From contig OZ024756.1 in NCBI GenBank assembly GCA_964016885.1, positions 682,001 through 746,000 on the forward strand: a stretch of 64,000 bases of DNA, written 5' to 3'. The stretch is from Eledone cirrhosa (Eukaryota). The notes beneath the pieces are model-generated. The model was not told where the DNA came from. It did no database searches and saw only the letters and a list, made by a program, of their open reading frames with translations. The position numbers and the translations under genes are program-made. Of this stretch, positions 26,128 through 40,130 are shown piece after piece. Numbering within the stretch: position 1 is the stretch's first letter; each line of letters starts with the position of its first letter.

Positions 26128-29100
26128 ATGGTGGCGTGGTGGTGGTGGTGTGGTGGTGATGTGGTGGTGGTGTGGTGTGGTTTGGTAGTGTGGTGTGGTG
26201 GTGGTGTTGTGGTGGTGTGGTGGTGGTGTGGTGTGGTAGTGTGGAGGTGGTGTGGTGGTGTAGTGGTGTGGAGGTGGTGTGGTGGTGTAGTGTAGTGTGG
26301 TGTGGTGTTGTGTAGTGGTGTGGTGTAGTGATGGTGTGGTGTGGTGTTGTGTGGTGGTGTGGTGTAGTGTAGTGTGGTGTGGTGTAGTGTGGTGGTGTGG
26401 CGTGGTGATGTGGTGGTGGTATGGTGTGGTGTGGTGGTGTTGTGGTGGTGTGGTGTGGTGGTGTAGTGTAGTGTGGTGTGGTGTTGTGTAGTGGTGTGGT
26501 GTAGTGATGGTGTGGTGTGGTGTTGTGTGGTGGTGTGGTGGTGGTGTAGTGTAGTGTGGTGGTGTGGCATGGTGGGGTGGTGGTGGTGTGGTGTGGTGTG
26601 GTGGTGTGGTGGTGTAGTGATGGTGTGGTGTTGTGTGGTGGTGTGGTGGCGGTGTGGTGTGGTGTGGTAGTGTGGTGGTGGTGTGGTGTTGTGGTGGTGT
26701 GGTGGTGATGTGGTGGTGTGGTGGTGGTGTGGTGTGGTGGTGTTGTGGTGGTGTGGTGGTGGTGTGGTGTTGTGATGGTGTGGTGTGGTGTTGTGTGGTG
26801 GTGTGGTGGTGGTGTAGTGTAGTGTGGTGTGGTGTAGTGTGGTGGTGTGGCGTGGTGGTGTGGTGGTGGTGTGGTGTGGTGTGGTGGTGTGGTGGTGGTG
26901 TTGTGGTGGTGTGGTGGTGGTGTGGTGGTGTAGTGTAGTGTGGTGTGGTGTTGTGTAGTGGTGTGGTGTAGTGATGGTGTGGTGTGGTGTTGTGTGGTGG
27001 TGGTGTAGTGTGGTGTGGTGGGGTGGGGTGTGGTGTAGTGTGGTGGGGTGTGGTGGTGTGGCGTGGTGGTGTAGTATAGTGTGGTGCGGTGGGGTGTGGT
27101 GGGGTGTAGTGTGGTGGGGTGTGGTAGTGTGGCGTGGTGGTGTGGTGTGGTGTAGTGTGGTGCGGTGTGGTGTGGTGTAGTGTGGTGTGGTGGGGTGTGG
27201 TGGTGTGGCGTGGTGGTGTGGTGTAGTGTGGTGGGGTGTGGTGTAGTGTGGTGGTGTGGCGTGGTGGTGTGGTGGTGGTGTGGTGTGGTGTGGTGTGGTG
27301 TGGTGTGGTGTAGTGTAGTGTGGTGTGGTGGTGGTGTTGTGGTAGTGTGGTGGTGGTGTGGTGGTGTGGTGGTGGTGTGGTGTGGTGTGGTGTGGTGTGG
27401 TGGTGGTGTGGTGGTGGTGTGGTGTGGTAGTGGTGTTGTGGTGGTGTGGTGGTGTAGTGTAGTGTGGTGTGGTGTAGTGGTGTGGTGTAGTGATGGTGTG
27501 ATGTGGTGGTGGTGTGGTGTTGTGGTGGTGTGGTGGTGTGGCGTGGTGGTGTGGTGTAGTGTGGTGCGGTGTGGTGTGGTGTAGTGTGGTGGGGTGTGGT
27601 GGTGTGGCGTGGTGGTGTGGTGTGGTGTAGTGTGGTGTGGTGTGGTGTGGTGTGGTGGGGTGTGGTGTAGTGTAGTGTGGTGTGGTGTAGTGTTGTGTGG
27701 TGGTGTGGTGTAGTGTAGTGTGGTGGGGTGTGGTGTAGTGTAGTGTTGTGGTGGTGTGGTGGTGGTGTAGTGTAGTGTGGTGTGGTGTAGTGTGGTGTAG
27801 TGTGGTGTGGTGTAGTGTGGTGTGGTGGTGTAGTGTAGTGTGGTGGGGTGTGGTGTAGTGTAGTGTTGTGGTGGTGTGGTGGTGGTGTAGTGTAGTGTGG
27901 TGTGGTGTAGTGTGGTGTAGTGTGGTGTGGTGTGGTGTAGTGTGGTGTGGTGGTGTAGTGTAGTGTGGTGTTGTGTGGTTGTGTAGTGTAGTGTGGTGGT
28001 GTGGTGTGGTGGTGTGGTGTAGTGTGGTGTAGTATAGTGTGGTGTGGTGGGGTGTGTGGTGGTGTGGCGTAGTGGTGTAGTATAGTGTGGTGTGGTGGGG
28101 TGTGGTGTGGTGTATTGTGGTGGGGTGTGGTGGTGTGGCGTGGTGGTGTGGTGTAGTGTGGTGCGGTGTGGTGTGGTGTAGTGTGGTGGGGTGTGGTGGT
28201 GTGGCGTGGTGGTGTGGTGTAGTGTGGTGTGGTGTGGTGTGGTGGGGTGTGGTGTAGTGTAGTGTGGTGTGGTGTAGTGTTGTGTGGTGGTGTGGTGTAG
28301 TGTAGTGTGGTGGGGTGTGGTGTAGTGTAGTGTGGTGTGGTGTAGTGTGGTGTAGTGTGGTGTGGTGTAGTGTTGTGTGGTGGTGTAGTGTAGTGTGGTG
28401 GTGTGGTGTAGTGTACTGTGGTGGTGTAATGTAGTGTAGTGTAGTGTGGTGTGGTGTGTTGTGGTGGTGCGGTGTACTGTAGTGTGGTGGTGTGGTGTAG
28501 TGTGGTGTAGTGGTGTGGTGGTGTGGTGTGGTGTGGTGTAGTGTAGTGTAGTGTAGTGTAGTGTAGTGTAGTGTGGTGGTGTAGTGTAGTGTAGTGTAGT
28601 GTAGTATAGTGTTGTGTGGCAGTGTGGTGTAGTGTAGTGTGGTGGTGTAGTGTAGTGTAGTGTAGTGTAGTGTGGTGGTGTGGTGTAGTGTGGTATAGTG
28701 TTGTGTGGCGGTGCGGTGTAGTATAGTGTGGTGGTGTGGTGTAGTGTGGTGTAGTGTAGTGTGGTGGTGTGATGTAGTGTGGTGTAGTGTAGTGTGGTGT
28801 AGTGTAGTGTGGTGTAGTGTAGTGTGGTGGTGTAGTGTAGTGTGGTGTAGTGTAGTGTAGTGTGGTGGTGTAGTGTAGTGTAGTGTAGTGTGGTGGTGTA
28901 ATGTAGTGTAGTGTAGTGTGGTGTAGTGTAGTGTAGTGTGGTGGTGTAGTGTAGTGTAGTGTAGTGTAGTGTAGTGTGGTGGTGTGGTGTAGTGTAGTGT
29001 AGTGTGCTGGTGTAATGTAGTGTAGTGTAGTGTAGTGTGGTGTGGTGTGGTGTGGTGGTGTGGTGTGGTGTAGTGTAGTGTGGTGGTGTGGTGGTGATGT

Positions 29101-29148
29101 GGGGTGGTGGTGGTGTGGGATGGTGGTGGTGTGGTGGTGGTGGTGTGT
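26128..29148 (+). repeat. ~3-kb (GTGTG/GTGTA/GTG)n simple satellite
   Basis: Direct reading; the GTGTA variant becomes more frequent towards the 3' end. Confidence 0.95.
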
Positions 29149-29154
29149 GACGGC

Positions 29155-29365
29155 GCCTGTGTTATTTACTGGAAGGACTCCCTTGTTTTGATTACGTCCC
29201 TCCTGGCGGGCGGCTGTTGTGTGTGTGTGAGTGTGCCTGTGTTATTTACTGGATGGACTCCCTTGTTTTGATTACGTCCCTCCTGGCGGGCGGCCGTTGT
29301 GTGTGTGAGTGTGCCTGTGTTATTTACTGGATGGACTCCCTTGTTTTGATTACGTCCCTCCTAGT
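29155..29365 (+). repeat. Three tandem ~80-bp repeats
   Basis: gcctgtgttatttactgga.ggactcccttgttttgattacgtccctcct at 29155, 29235 and 29313. Confidence 0.9.
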
Positions 29366-29719
29366 GGGCTGTCGTCCATCACTTCTACACTATTCTATTA
29401 AAATATATAAAGAAAACAAACCAAAAGTAGGAGTGTCTTGTCACACAAGAGGTGAAGAGAGGGGGGAGGGAGAGAGAATCTGTGGGGGTGAGTCGGGGGA
29501 GGTGAGTGGGAGAGAGGGAGCGAGAGAGAGAGAAGGGGAGGGAGAGAGAGAGGGAGGGAGAGAGGGAGTGTGTGTGTGTGTTGTGTAAGAGAATGTGTGT
29601 GTGTGTGTATAAGAGAGTGTGTGTATAAAATGTTATATACACTCTACTAATGTATTGAGTACTTTACTGTGGTTACGCCCGATTGAACCCGGGACTCTCT
29701 CTCTCTCACACGTGCGTGC

Positions 29720-29790
<71 letters not shown>

Positions 29791-29859
29791 CTGCTACCTT
29801 ATTTCCCCACCCAATATACTATAAAGGACTGCCACATATTTAAAGGTTTTCTAATCTCG

Positions 29860-30085
29860 TTTCTGTTCTTCCCATAACTCTCGGCCGCATTCCACGCCAT
29901 GTTGCCCTCAACAAGGTCATAAAGTATGGCTTGGACGCTGCGGGCTTCCCTTCCCAGCTTGAGCCGGTGGGGCTGGACCGAGGGGACGGCAAAAGGCCAG
30001 ATGGCATGACCATCTTCCCATTCCGCGGTGGCAAACCCCTCGTTTGGGATGCCACTTGCACCGACACTTTTAGTAACCTGTTCTT
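29860..30085 (+). pseudogene. Restriction-like endonuclease (RLE) fragment of a CRE-like non-LTR retrotransposon
   Basis: [63 protein letters not shown] contains the RH..LN and KRPD..WD motifs. It is absent from the ORF track. Confidence 0.8.
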
Positions 30086-30152
30086 GTAATGTACCCACAT
30101 CTGTCACCCTTCTGGCAAATAAAGTGACTGTTATTATTATTATTGTCAGTAT

Positions 30153-31845
30153 CGGTGAATTGTCGGTATCGGTAGAGGGTCGGACATGCTTTCCAGCATA
30201 GTTACGTCCCTTTACGTTCCGAGTTCAAATCCCACCGAGGTTAACTTTGCCTTTCATCCTTACGGGGTCGATAAAATAAAGCACTGGGATAATTGCTGGC
30301 CTTGTGCCAAAAGTAGAAACAATTATTATTATTATTGTCAGTATCGGTAGAGCACCGGGCACCATGCTTTGCAGCATAGAGTTACGGTCCTTTACGTTCT
30401 GAGTTCAAATCCCGTCGAGGTTATCTTTGTCTTTCATCCTTACGGAGTCGATAAAATAAAGTACCAGTAATGTATTGAAGTCGATTTAATCGACTTCCCC
30501 TCCCTCCAAATTACTGGCCTTGTGCTAATACTAGAAATCATTATTATTGGCTGTATCGGTAGAACGTTGGACAATATGCTTCACAGCATAGAGTTACGGC
30601 CCTTTACGGTATGAGTTCAAATACCACCGAGGTTAACTTTGCGTTTTATCCTTACTGGGTCGATAATGTACTGTAATGTACTGTAATGTACTGTAATGTA
30701 CTGGGGTCGATTTAATCGACCTTGTGCCTAAATCAGAACTCATTATTACTGGGTCCAGGGTCATGTAATTGATGTTCCCACCCCTAAAATTGTTGACCTT
30801 GTGCCTAAATCAGAAACCATTAAGGTCCGTGGATTGGTAGAATCGGTAGAGCATCCGACACAATACCATACGGTGTTGTTTCGTCATTTTACATTCTGTG
30901 TTCAAATGCCACCGAGGTCAACTTTGCCTTTCGTCCTTCTGGGATCGATAAAATACGAGGGTCGGCTGGAAAATTCAAAGGCTGACTATGAAAGAGTGAT
31001 GCTAGTGCTGTGAAATCTAGCATGAATTAATTTCAACTCTTCTTCTTAAGAACTGCATTGTTTCATTCCAGGGACTATGTTAAAAAATAAACCTCATTTG
31101 GTCAATCCATGAGAGTATCTTGGTCAGCTTATCAACTTTTCAGCGACCCTCGTAAAGTATCAGACAAGTACTTCCGTTGTTGGCCTTAAATCAGAGACCC
31201 CCAAGGGTGATAGATTGTCAGGCTCGGACCAAATACTTTGCAGTGGTTTTCCACCCGAGTCTTTACATTGTAAGTTCAAATGAAGTTAAATATCAACATT
31301 GCTCTTCCCTGTTCCGTGGTCGACGAAATGGAGTACCAGTCAAATACTGGGGCCGATTTAATCGACATTTCCTCCGTCCCCGTCCTCACTCCCCTCACCC
31401 ACACATACCTTAAAACTGCTGGCCTTCCTCCTAAATTAGAAACCGTTGGTGGATTGGCAGTATCGGTAGAGGGTCAGACGCCATGCTTTGCAGCAAAGAG
31501 TTACGGCCCTTTACGGTCTGAGTTCAAATCCCGCCGAGGTTAACTTTGCCTTTCATCATTACGGGGTCGATAAAATAAAGTACCAGTAATGTACTGAGGT
31601 CGATTTAATCGCCTTTCCCCTTCCCCCAAATTGCTGACTTTGTGAAACCATTATTATAAAGGGCGGTGGATCGGCAGTAATCGATAGAGCATCGGACATC
31701 ATACTTAGCAGCATAATGTTACGGCCCTTTACGTTCTGCATTCAAATCCCGCCGAGGTTAGCTTTACCTTTCATAAAATAAAATACTGGGGTGGATTTAA
31801 TGACCCCTAAAATTGCTGGCCTTGTGCCTAAAGTAGAAATCATTA
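30153..31845 (+). mobile_element. Cluster of ~7 head-to-tail SINE S1 copies
   Basis: B-box/core repeats near 30220, 30400, 30612, 30900, 31272, 31520 and 31740, all on the + strand. Confidence 0.85.
30954..31154. mobile_element. Mariner-type MITE inserted in a SINE
   Basis: TIRs tacgagggtcggctggaaa / ttttcagcgaccctcgta interrupt the SINE core gataaaata|aagta at a TA. Confidence 0.8.
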
Positions 31846-31880
31846 ATATTCTAACAATAGCAAATGGTTGTTGTTAATAT

Positions 31881-34661
31881 AGACGTGGGTATATATTTGT
31901 TGTCTGTTGTATATAAGGGGTGTTGTAGCTGCTTCCAGACTTGTGTATATATTTGTCGTCTGTTGTATAGAAATGGTGTTGTAGCTGCTTCCAGACGTGG
32001 GTATAAATTTGTCGTCTGTCGTATAGAAGTGGTGTTATAGCTGCTTCCAGACGTGGGTATATATTTGTCGTCTGTTGTATAGAAGGGGTGTTGTAGCTGC
32101 TTCCAGACGTGGGTATATATTTGTTGTCTGTTGTATAGAAGGGGTGTTGTAGCTGCTTTCAGACATGTGTATATATTTGTCGTCTGTTGTATAGAAATGG
32201 TGTTGTAGCTGCTTCCAGACGTGGGTATGAATTTGTCGTCTGTCGTATAGAAGTGGTGTTATAGCTGCTTCCAGACGTGGGTATGAATTTGTCGTCTGTC
32301 GTATAGAAGTGGTGTTATAGCTGCTTCCAGACGTGGGTATATATTTGTCATCTGTTGTATAGAAGGGGTGCTGTAGCTGCTTCCAGACGTGGGTATATAT
32401 TTGTCATCTGTTGTAAAGAAGGGATGTTGTAGCTGCTTCCAGACGTGGGTATATATTTGTCTTCTGTTGTATAGAAGGGGTGCTGTAGCTGCTTCCAGAC
32501 GTGGGTATATATTTGTCATCTGTTGTAAAGAAGGGGTGTTGTAGCTGCTTCCAGACGTGGGTATATATTTGTCTTCTGTTGTATAGAAGGGGTGCTGTAC
32601 CTGCTTCCAGACGTGGGTATATATTTGTCATCTGTTGTAAAGAAGGGGTGTTGTAGCTGCTTCCAGACGTGGGTATATATTTGTCGTCTGTTGTATAGAA
32701 GTGGTGTTGTAGCTGCTTCCAGACGTGTGTATATATTTGTCGTCGGTTGTATAGAAATGGTGTTGTATCTGCTTCCAGACGTGGGTATATATTTGTCGTC
32801 TGTTGTATAGAAGGGGTGTTATAGATGCTTCCAGACGTGGGTATATATTTGTCGTCTGTTGTATAGAAGTAGTGTTGTAGCTGCTTCCAGACGTGGGTAT
32901 GAATTTGTCGTCTGTCGTATAGCAGTGGTGTTATAGCTGCTTCCAGACGTGGGTATATATTTGTCATCTGTTGTATAGAAGGGGTGCTGTAGCTGCTTCC
33001 AGACGTGGGTATATATTTGTCATCTGTTGTAAAGAAGGGGTGTTGTAGCTGCTTCCAGACGTGGGTATATATTTGTCTTCTGTTGTATAGAAGGGGTGCT
33101 GTAGCTGCTTCCAGACGTGGGTATATATTTGTCATCTGTTGTATAGAAGGGGTGCTGTAGCTGCTTCCAGACGTGGGTATATATTTGTCGTCTGTTGTAT
33201 AGAAGTGGTGTTGTAGCTGCTTCCAGACGTGGGTATATATTTGTCGTCGGTTGTATAGAAATGGTGTTGTATCTGCTTCCAGACGTGGGTATATATTTGT
33301 CGTCTGTTGTATAGAAGGGGTGTTATAGATGCTTCCAGACGTGGGTATATATTTGTCGTCTGTTGTATATAAGAGGTGTTGCAGCTGCTTCCAGGCGTGG
33401 GTATATATTTGTCGTCTGTTGTATAGAAGTGGTGTTGTAGCTGCTTCTAGAAGTGGGTATATATTTGTCGTCTGTTGTATGGAAGTAGTGGTGTAGCTGC
33501 TTCCAGACGTGGGTATAAATTTGTCGTCTGTCGTATAAAAGTGGTGTTGTAGCTGCTTCCAAGTGTGGGTATATATTTGTCGTATGTTGTATAGAAGTGG
33601 TGTTGTAGCTGCTTCCAGAAGTGGGTATATATTTGTCGTCTGTTGTATAGAATGATGTATCTGCTTCCAGACGTGGGTATATATTTGTCGTCTGTTGTAT
33701 GTAAGTAGTGGTGTAGCTGCTTCCAGACGTGGGTATATATTTGTCGTCTGTTGTATAGAAGTGGTGTTGTAGCTGCTTCCAGACGAGGGTATATATTTGT
33801 CGTCTGTTGTATATAAGAGGTGTTGCAGCTGCTTCCAGGCGTGGGTATATATTTGTCGTCTGTTGTATAGAAGTGGTGTTGTAGCTGCTTCTAGAAGTGG
33901 GTATATATTTGTCGTCTGTTGTATGGAAGTAGTGTTGTAGCTGCTTCCAGACGTGGGTATAAATTTGTCGTCTGTCGTATAAAAGTGGTGTTGTAGCTGC
34001 TTCCAGGTGTGGGTATATATTTGTCGTATGTTGTATAGAAGTGGTGTTGTAGCTGCTTCCAGAAGTGGGTATATATTTGTCGTCTGTTGTATAGAATGAT
34101 GTCGTATCTGCTTCCAGACGTGGGTATATATTTGTCGTCTGTTGTATGTAAGTAGTGGTGTAGCTGCTTCCAGATGTGGGTATATATTTGTCGTCTGTTG
34201 TATAGAAATAGTGTTGTAGCTGCTTCCAGACGTGGGTATATATTTGTCGTCAGTTGTATAGAAATGGTGTTGTATCTCGTTCCAGACGTGGGTATAAATT
34301 TGTCGTCTGTCGTATAGAAGTGGTGTTGTAGCTGCTTCCAGACGTGTGTATATATTTGTCGTCTGTTGTATAGAAGTGGTGTTGTATCTGCTTCCAGACG
34401 TGGGTATATATTTGTTGTCTGTTGTATGGAAGTAGTGGTGTAGCTGCTTCCAGACGTGGGTATATATTTGTCGTCTGTTGTATAGAAGTAGTGTTGTAGC
34501 TGCTTCCAGACGTGGGTATATATTTGTCGTCTGTTGTATAGAAGTAGTGTTGTATCTGCTTCCAGACGTGGGTATATATTTGTCGTCTGTTGTATAGAAA
34601 TGGTGTTGTATCTGCTTCCAGACGTGGGTATATATTTGTCGTCTGTTGTATAGCAATGGTG
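31881..34661. repeat. 56-bp minisatellite, ~50 copies
   Basis: Unit gtagctgcttccagacgtgggtatatatttgtcgtctgttgtatagaagtggtgtt. A variant block repeats at ~445 bp (33381 vs 33826), which is an 8-mer higher-order duplication. Confidence 0.95.
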
Positions 34662-34694
34662 TGAGGCTGGTGTTTAGAGAACTGGATAGAATAC
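34250..34694 (-). CDS. Possible terminal exon running into the 56-bp array
   Basis: Acceptor gtctcag|G at 34694; YSIQFSKHQPHTIAIQQTTNIYPRL...; phase matches the micro-exon at 37701-37728. Confidence 0.3.
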
Positions 34695-34881
34695 CTGAGA
34701 CACACATACACATACTTCTCTGTACATACACACATACTTCTTTCTACATACATACATACACATACTTCCCTGTACACACGCACATACACATACTTCTCCG
34801 TACATACACTACCATCCCTGCAACCACACACACGGAACCACACACACGCACACACATACTTCTGTGACTACAACCCCCCCC

Positions 34882-34925
<44 letters not shown>

Positions 34926-35015
34926 CACACTGTCGGAGACACGCGATGGAGCGCCTGTTGCATACACAGGTGTATTACATATAGTCGCGTGTACCCGCAT
35001 GAAAACACACACACA

Positions 35016-35552
35016 CTAATACAAACAATAGAGAAAGGATGGTGGCATACACATACATACATACACACACATACATACACACACATACATACACACACAT
35101 ACACACACTAATATAAACAATAGAGAAAGGATGGTGGCATATACATACACACACATACATACATACATACACACACTAATATAAACAATAGAGAAAGGAT
35201 GGTGACACACACACAGACACACACACACACACATACACACACACATACACACTAATATAAACAATAGAGAAAGGATGGTGGCATACACATACACACACAC
35301 ATACACACTAATATAAACAATAGAGAAAGGATGGTGACACACACACACACACACATACACACACATACACACACATACACACACTAATATAAACAATAGA
35401 GAAAGGATGGTGACACACACACAGACACACACACACACACATACACACACACATACACACTAATATAAACAATAGAGAAAGGATGGTGACACACACACAC
35501 ACACATACACACACATACACACACTAATATAAACAATAGAGAAAGGATGGTG

Positions 35553-35586
<34 letters not shown>

Positions 35587-35939
35587 ACACACATACACAC
35601 TAATATAAACAATAGAGAAAGGATGGTGACACACACACACACACACATACACACACATACACACACTAATATAAACAATAGAGAAAGGATGGTGACACAC
35701 ACACAGACACACACACACACACACATACACACATACACACACACATACACACTAATATAAACAATAGAGAAAGGATGGTGACACACACACATACACACAT
35801 ACACACACACATACACACATACACACACACATACACACTAATATAAACAATAGAGAAAGGATGGTGACACACACACACACACACATACACACATACACAC
35901 ACACATACACACTAATATAAACAATAGAGAAAGGATGGT

Positions 35940-35975
<36 letters not shown>

Positions 35976-36135
35976 TATAAACAATAGAGAAAGGATGGTG
36001 ACACACACACACACACACATACACACACATACACATACACACACTAATATAAACAATAGAGAAAGGATGGTGACACACACACACACACATACACACACAC
36101 ATACACACTAATATAAACAATAGAGAAAGGATGGT

Positions 36136-36172
<37 letters not shown>

Positions 36173-36348
36173 ACACATACACACACTAGTATAAACAATA
36201 GAGAAAGGATGGTGACACACACACAGACACACACACACATACACACATACACACACACACACACACTAATATAAACAATAGAGAAAGGATGGTGACACAC
36301 ACACACACACACACACACACTAATATAAACAATAGAGAAAGGATGGTG

Positions 36349-36380
<32 letters not shown>

Positions 36381-36960
36381 ACACACATACACACTAATAT
36401 AAACAATAGAGAAAGGATGGTGACACACACACACACACACACACACATACACACACACACACACACTAATATAAACAATAGAGAAAGGATGGTGACACAC
36501 ACACACACACACACACATACACACTAATATAAACAATAGAGAAAGGATGGTGACACACACACATACACACTAATATAAACAATAGGGAAAGGATGGTGAC
36601 ACACACACACACACACATACACACTAATATAAACAATAGAGAAAGGATGGTGGCATACACATACATACACACACATACACACTAATATAAACAATAGAGA
36701 AAGGATGGTGACACACATACACACACACACACACATACACACACATACACACACTAATATAAACAATAGAGAAAGGATGGTGACACACGCACACATACAT
36801 ACACACACATACACACACTAATATAAACAATAGAGAAAGGATGGTGACACACACACACACACATACACACACACACACTAATATAAACAATAGGGAAAGG
36901 ATGGTGACACACACACACACACATACACACACACACACTAATATAAACAATAGGGAGGGA
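35016..36960. repeat. Compound satellite: 30-bp constant core with variable (CA)n spacers, ~29 copies
   Basis: Core actaatataaacaatagagaaaggatggtg. Confidence 0.95.
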
Positions 36961-37700
36961 TGGTGGTGTGGTTAATGGAGTGGGGAGACAAGCATATGTC
37001 TAAACATACATACATACACACGCCCATACACATACATACACACACATACATACACACCCCCATACACATACATACACATCCCCATACACATACATACACA
37101 CCCCCATACACATACAGACACACACATACATGCACACCCCCATACACATACATACACACCCCCATACACATACATGCACACCCCCATACACATACATACA
37201 CACCCCCATACACATATATACACACCCCCATACACACACATATACGCATACATACACACACATACACACACATACATACATACACACCTCCATACACACA
37301 CAGACACACACATAAATACATACACCCCCCATACACACACATATACACACAGACACACACATCCATACATACACACCCCTATACACATACAGACACACAC
37401 ATATACACACAGACAGACAGACATACAGACACACACACACACATATACACACAGACATACACACACCCATATACAGACAGACAAACACACACCCATATAC
37501 ACAGAGAGATAGACAGACACACAGCCATATACACACAGACAGACAGACAGACACACAGCCATATACACACAGACAGACAGATACACAAACAGACACACAC
37601 ACACATACAAACAGACACGTACACATACACACACAGGCGCACACCCATATACACAGACAGACAGACAGACAGACAGCCATACACACACAGACAGACTCAC

Positions 37701-37728
37701 CTTGATGGTAGGAAGTGATTGTCTTTTA
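37701..37728 (-). CDS. Possible 28-nt micro-exon
   Basis: Strong donor AAG|gtgagt and weak acceptor ttaaag|; reads (V)KDNHFLPS(R); a unique island between repeats. Confidence 0.3.
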
Positions 37729-37805
37729 CTTTAAGATGATAGATGACAGCATTAATAATATATATATAATATATATGTGTATATATATATTTGTGTGTGT
37801 GTATG

Positions 37806-38221
<416 letters not shown>

Positions 38222-38395
38222 GATTGATTTTTTTAGTTTCAGAAGATCTCGTTAAGGGTGAAAGCAGCGATTCTTTGCTTAAACTTTAATCTGTTATTTT
38301 AATAAATATTTGCTCTACGGTTCTTATATATTTGATATATATTTATCCTTATCGAGCCCTCTTTGGATTTTAGTCTTCAAATTTATTATTATTAC

Positions 38396-38462
<67 letters not shown>

Positions 38463-38566
38463 TATATATATATTATACACACACACATATATATATAAAA
38501 TATATGTCCATATATATATTTATATCTATATTTATATATATACATATTTTATATATATACATATGT

Positions 38567-38597
<31 letters not shown>

Positions 38598-38683
38598 TGT
38601 TATACTTGGGGAGGGTCATATTTGTGTAATATTGTCAGAATTAATAACAGAACACACTCACTGTTTGGTTGGTTTTCGCTTCT

Positions 38684-39796
38684 CGCTATGTAGACGATAT
38701 CAATATAGTTATAAGAACACCCCCACTAGAGAGCACTAACAAGTTTGATTTAGAACGTAGCACGATGGAAAGCATCCAGCAGATAGCTAATTCCATACAC
38801 CAGAGTATAACTGTAACTATCGACTTCCCTTCCAAACACCCTAACAATAGACTACCTGTATTAGACACAGAACTCTGGATTAACACTATAGACGAGAGAG
38901 CCCAAATTCTCCACTCACACTATGCTAAACCCATGGCCTCCAAATACCTGATACTCAAAAACTCAGCAATGTCCAGTAGTGCTAAGTTTAATATTCTGAT
39001 CGCAGATTTGGTACGAGTGATGAAGAATGTGTCCCGCATGTGCGACCCAACAGAAATGGAAAGACACATCCAACACTTCATCAACCGCATGCAGTTCTCT
39101 GGCTACAACCAAAGAGACAGAGTCAGAGTATACGAAGGAGCCATGGAAAAGTATAAGACCCTCATAGAACTGGACATGAAAGGCATTTGCCCATTATACA
39201 GGAGCAAATCATGGAATAGCTTAGATAGGGCTAGACATAAGATAGGGAAAGCCACCTCATGGTACGACAACCAGAGATACCAGAGTGTCATGTTTGTGGA
39301 CGCCACCCCTGGAGGGAAATTAGCTAACCAGTGTAGAAAGGCCCTGAGAAAGACCCACTTAAAAATAAAGGTGGTAGAAAAGCCAGGAACCACCATAAAA
39401 TCCCTGATCAGCAAAACCTACCCTTTTAAGAAAACCCACTGTACCAATAGGAAATGTATCATATGTAAGGTGAACCCCCGGATAAACTGTAAAACTAGAA
39501 ACATAGTCTATAGCATAAGATGTACAGAGGGTACTTGCAGAAACATGACAACAACATACATAGGTGAGACAGCTCGTAGCATAGGTGAAAGGATAGACCA
39601 ACACTGGGGGGAACTAAAAGGACGAAAAAACGGGCCAGTACTATACGAACATGCTAGACAACAACATGACGGTAACATAGACAACATAGAAATTAGAATA
39701 ATATCTAAACATAGAAATGACCCAGCAGATAGGCAAATCAGAGAGGCCAGTGAAATAGAAATTTGAAGACCAAAGCTAAACAGAAAGAATGAATAG
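38684..39796 (+). pseudogene. PLE reverse transcriptase (C-terminal part) plus GIY-YIG endonuclease
   Basis: RYVDD, LPVLD, Cys-rich linker, NIVY...YIGETARSIGERIDQH. A TGA at 39764-39766 precedes the expected P.LN.K.E end motif. Confidence 0.9.
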
Positions 39797-40086
39797 AATA
39801 ACAACAACACCCAAACAAACAACACTGACCTAAGAGAAGTATAAATAAGTAAATAAAATAAGATAAATAAATAAATAAATAAATACATACACAAGCACAA
39901 TAACAACAAGCACATAAACACACACTAGTCACCCATCACACAGCAAGCATAACACTATACACACACGCAAACGCATGCGCAAAGAAGACGAAATAAAATA
40001 AACAAACAAGCAAATAAATAAATAAATATATAGACAGACTGAATAAAAATGGCGTAGACATACAACACAACAGGAGGAAAATATAA

Positions 40087-40130
40087 CACCACTGACGATG
40101 TTGCAGATGTGCAACGAAAGATTTATGATA
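40087..40130 (+). ncRNA. Hammerhead ribozyme in PLE 3' UTR
   Basis: cacCA-CTGACGA-t-GTTGC-agatgt-GCAAC-GAAA-gat-TTA-TG. Confidence 0.65.

Noticed and set aside
32404-34731. 775-aa ORF as a standalone repeat-protein gene
   Set aside because: It is the 56-bp minisatellite cycling through three frames of a stop-free unit, and it starts in a (TG)n tract. Only the possible spliced terminal exon in another frame is retained.
35016-36960. CRISPR array
   Set aside because: The spacers are low-complexity (CA)n of variable length, there are no cas genes, and the context is eukaryotic.
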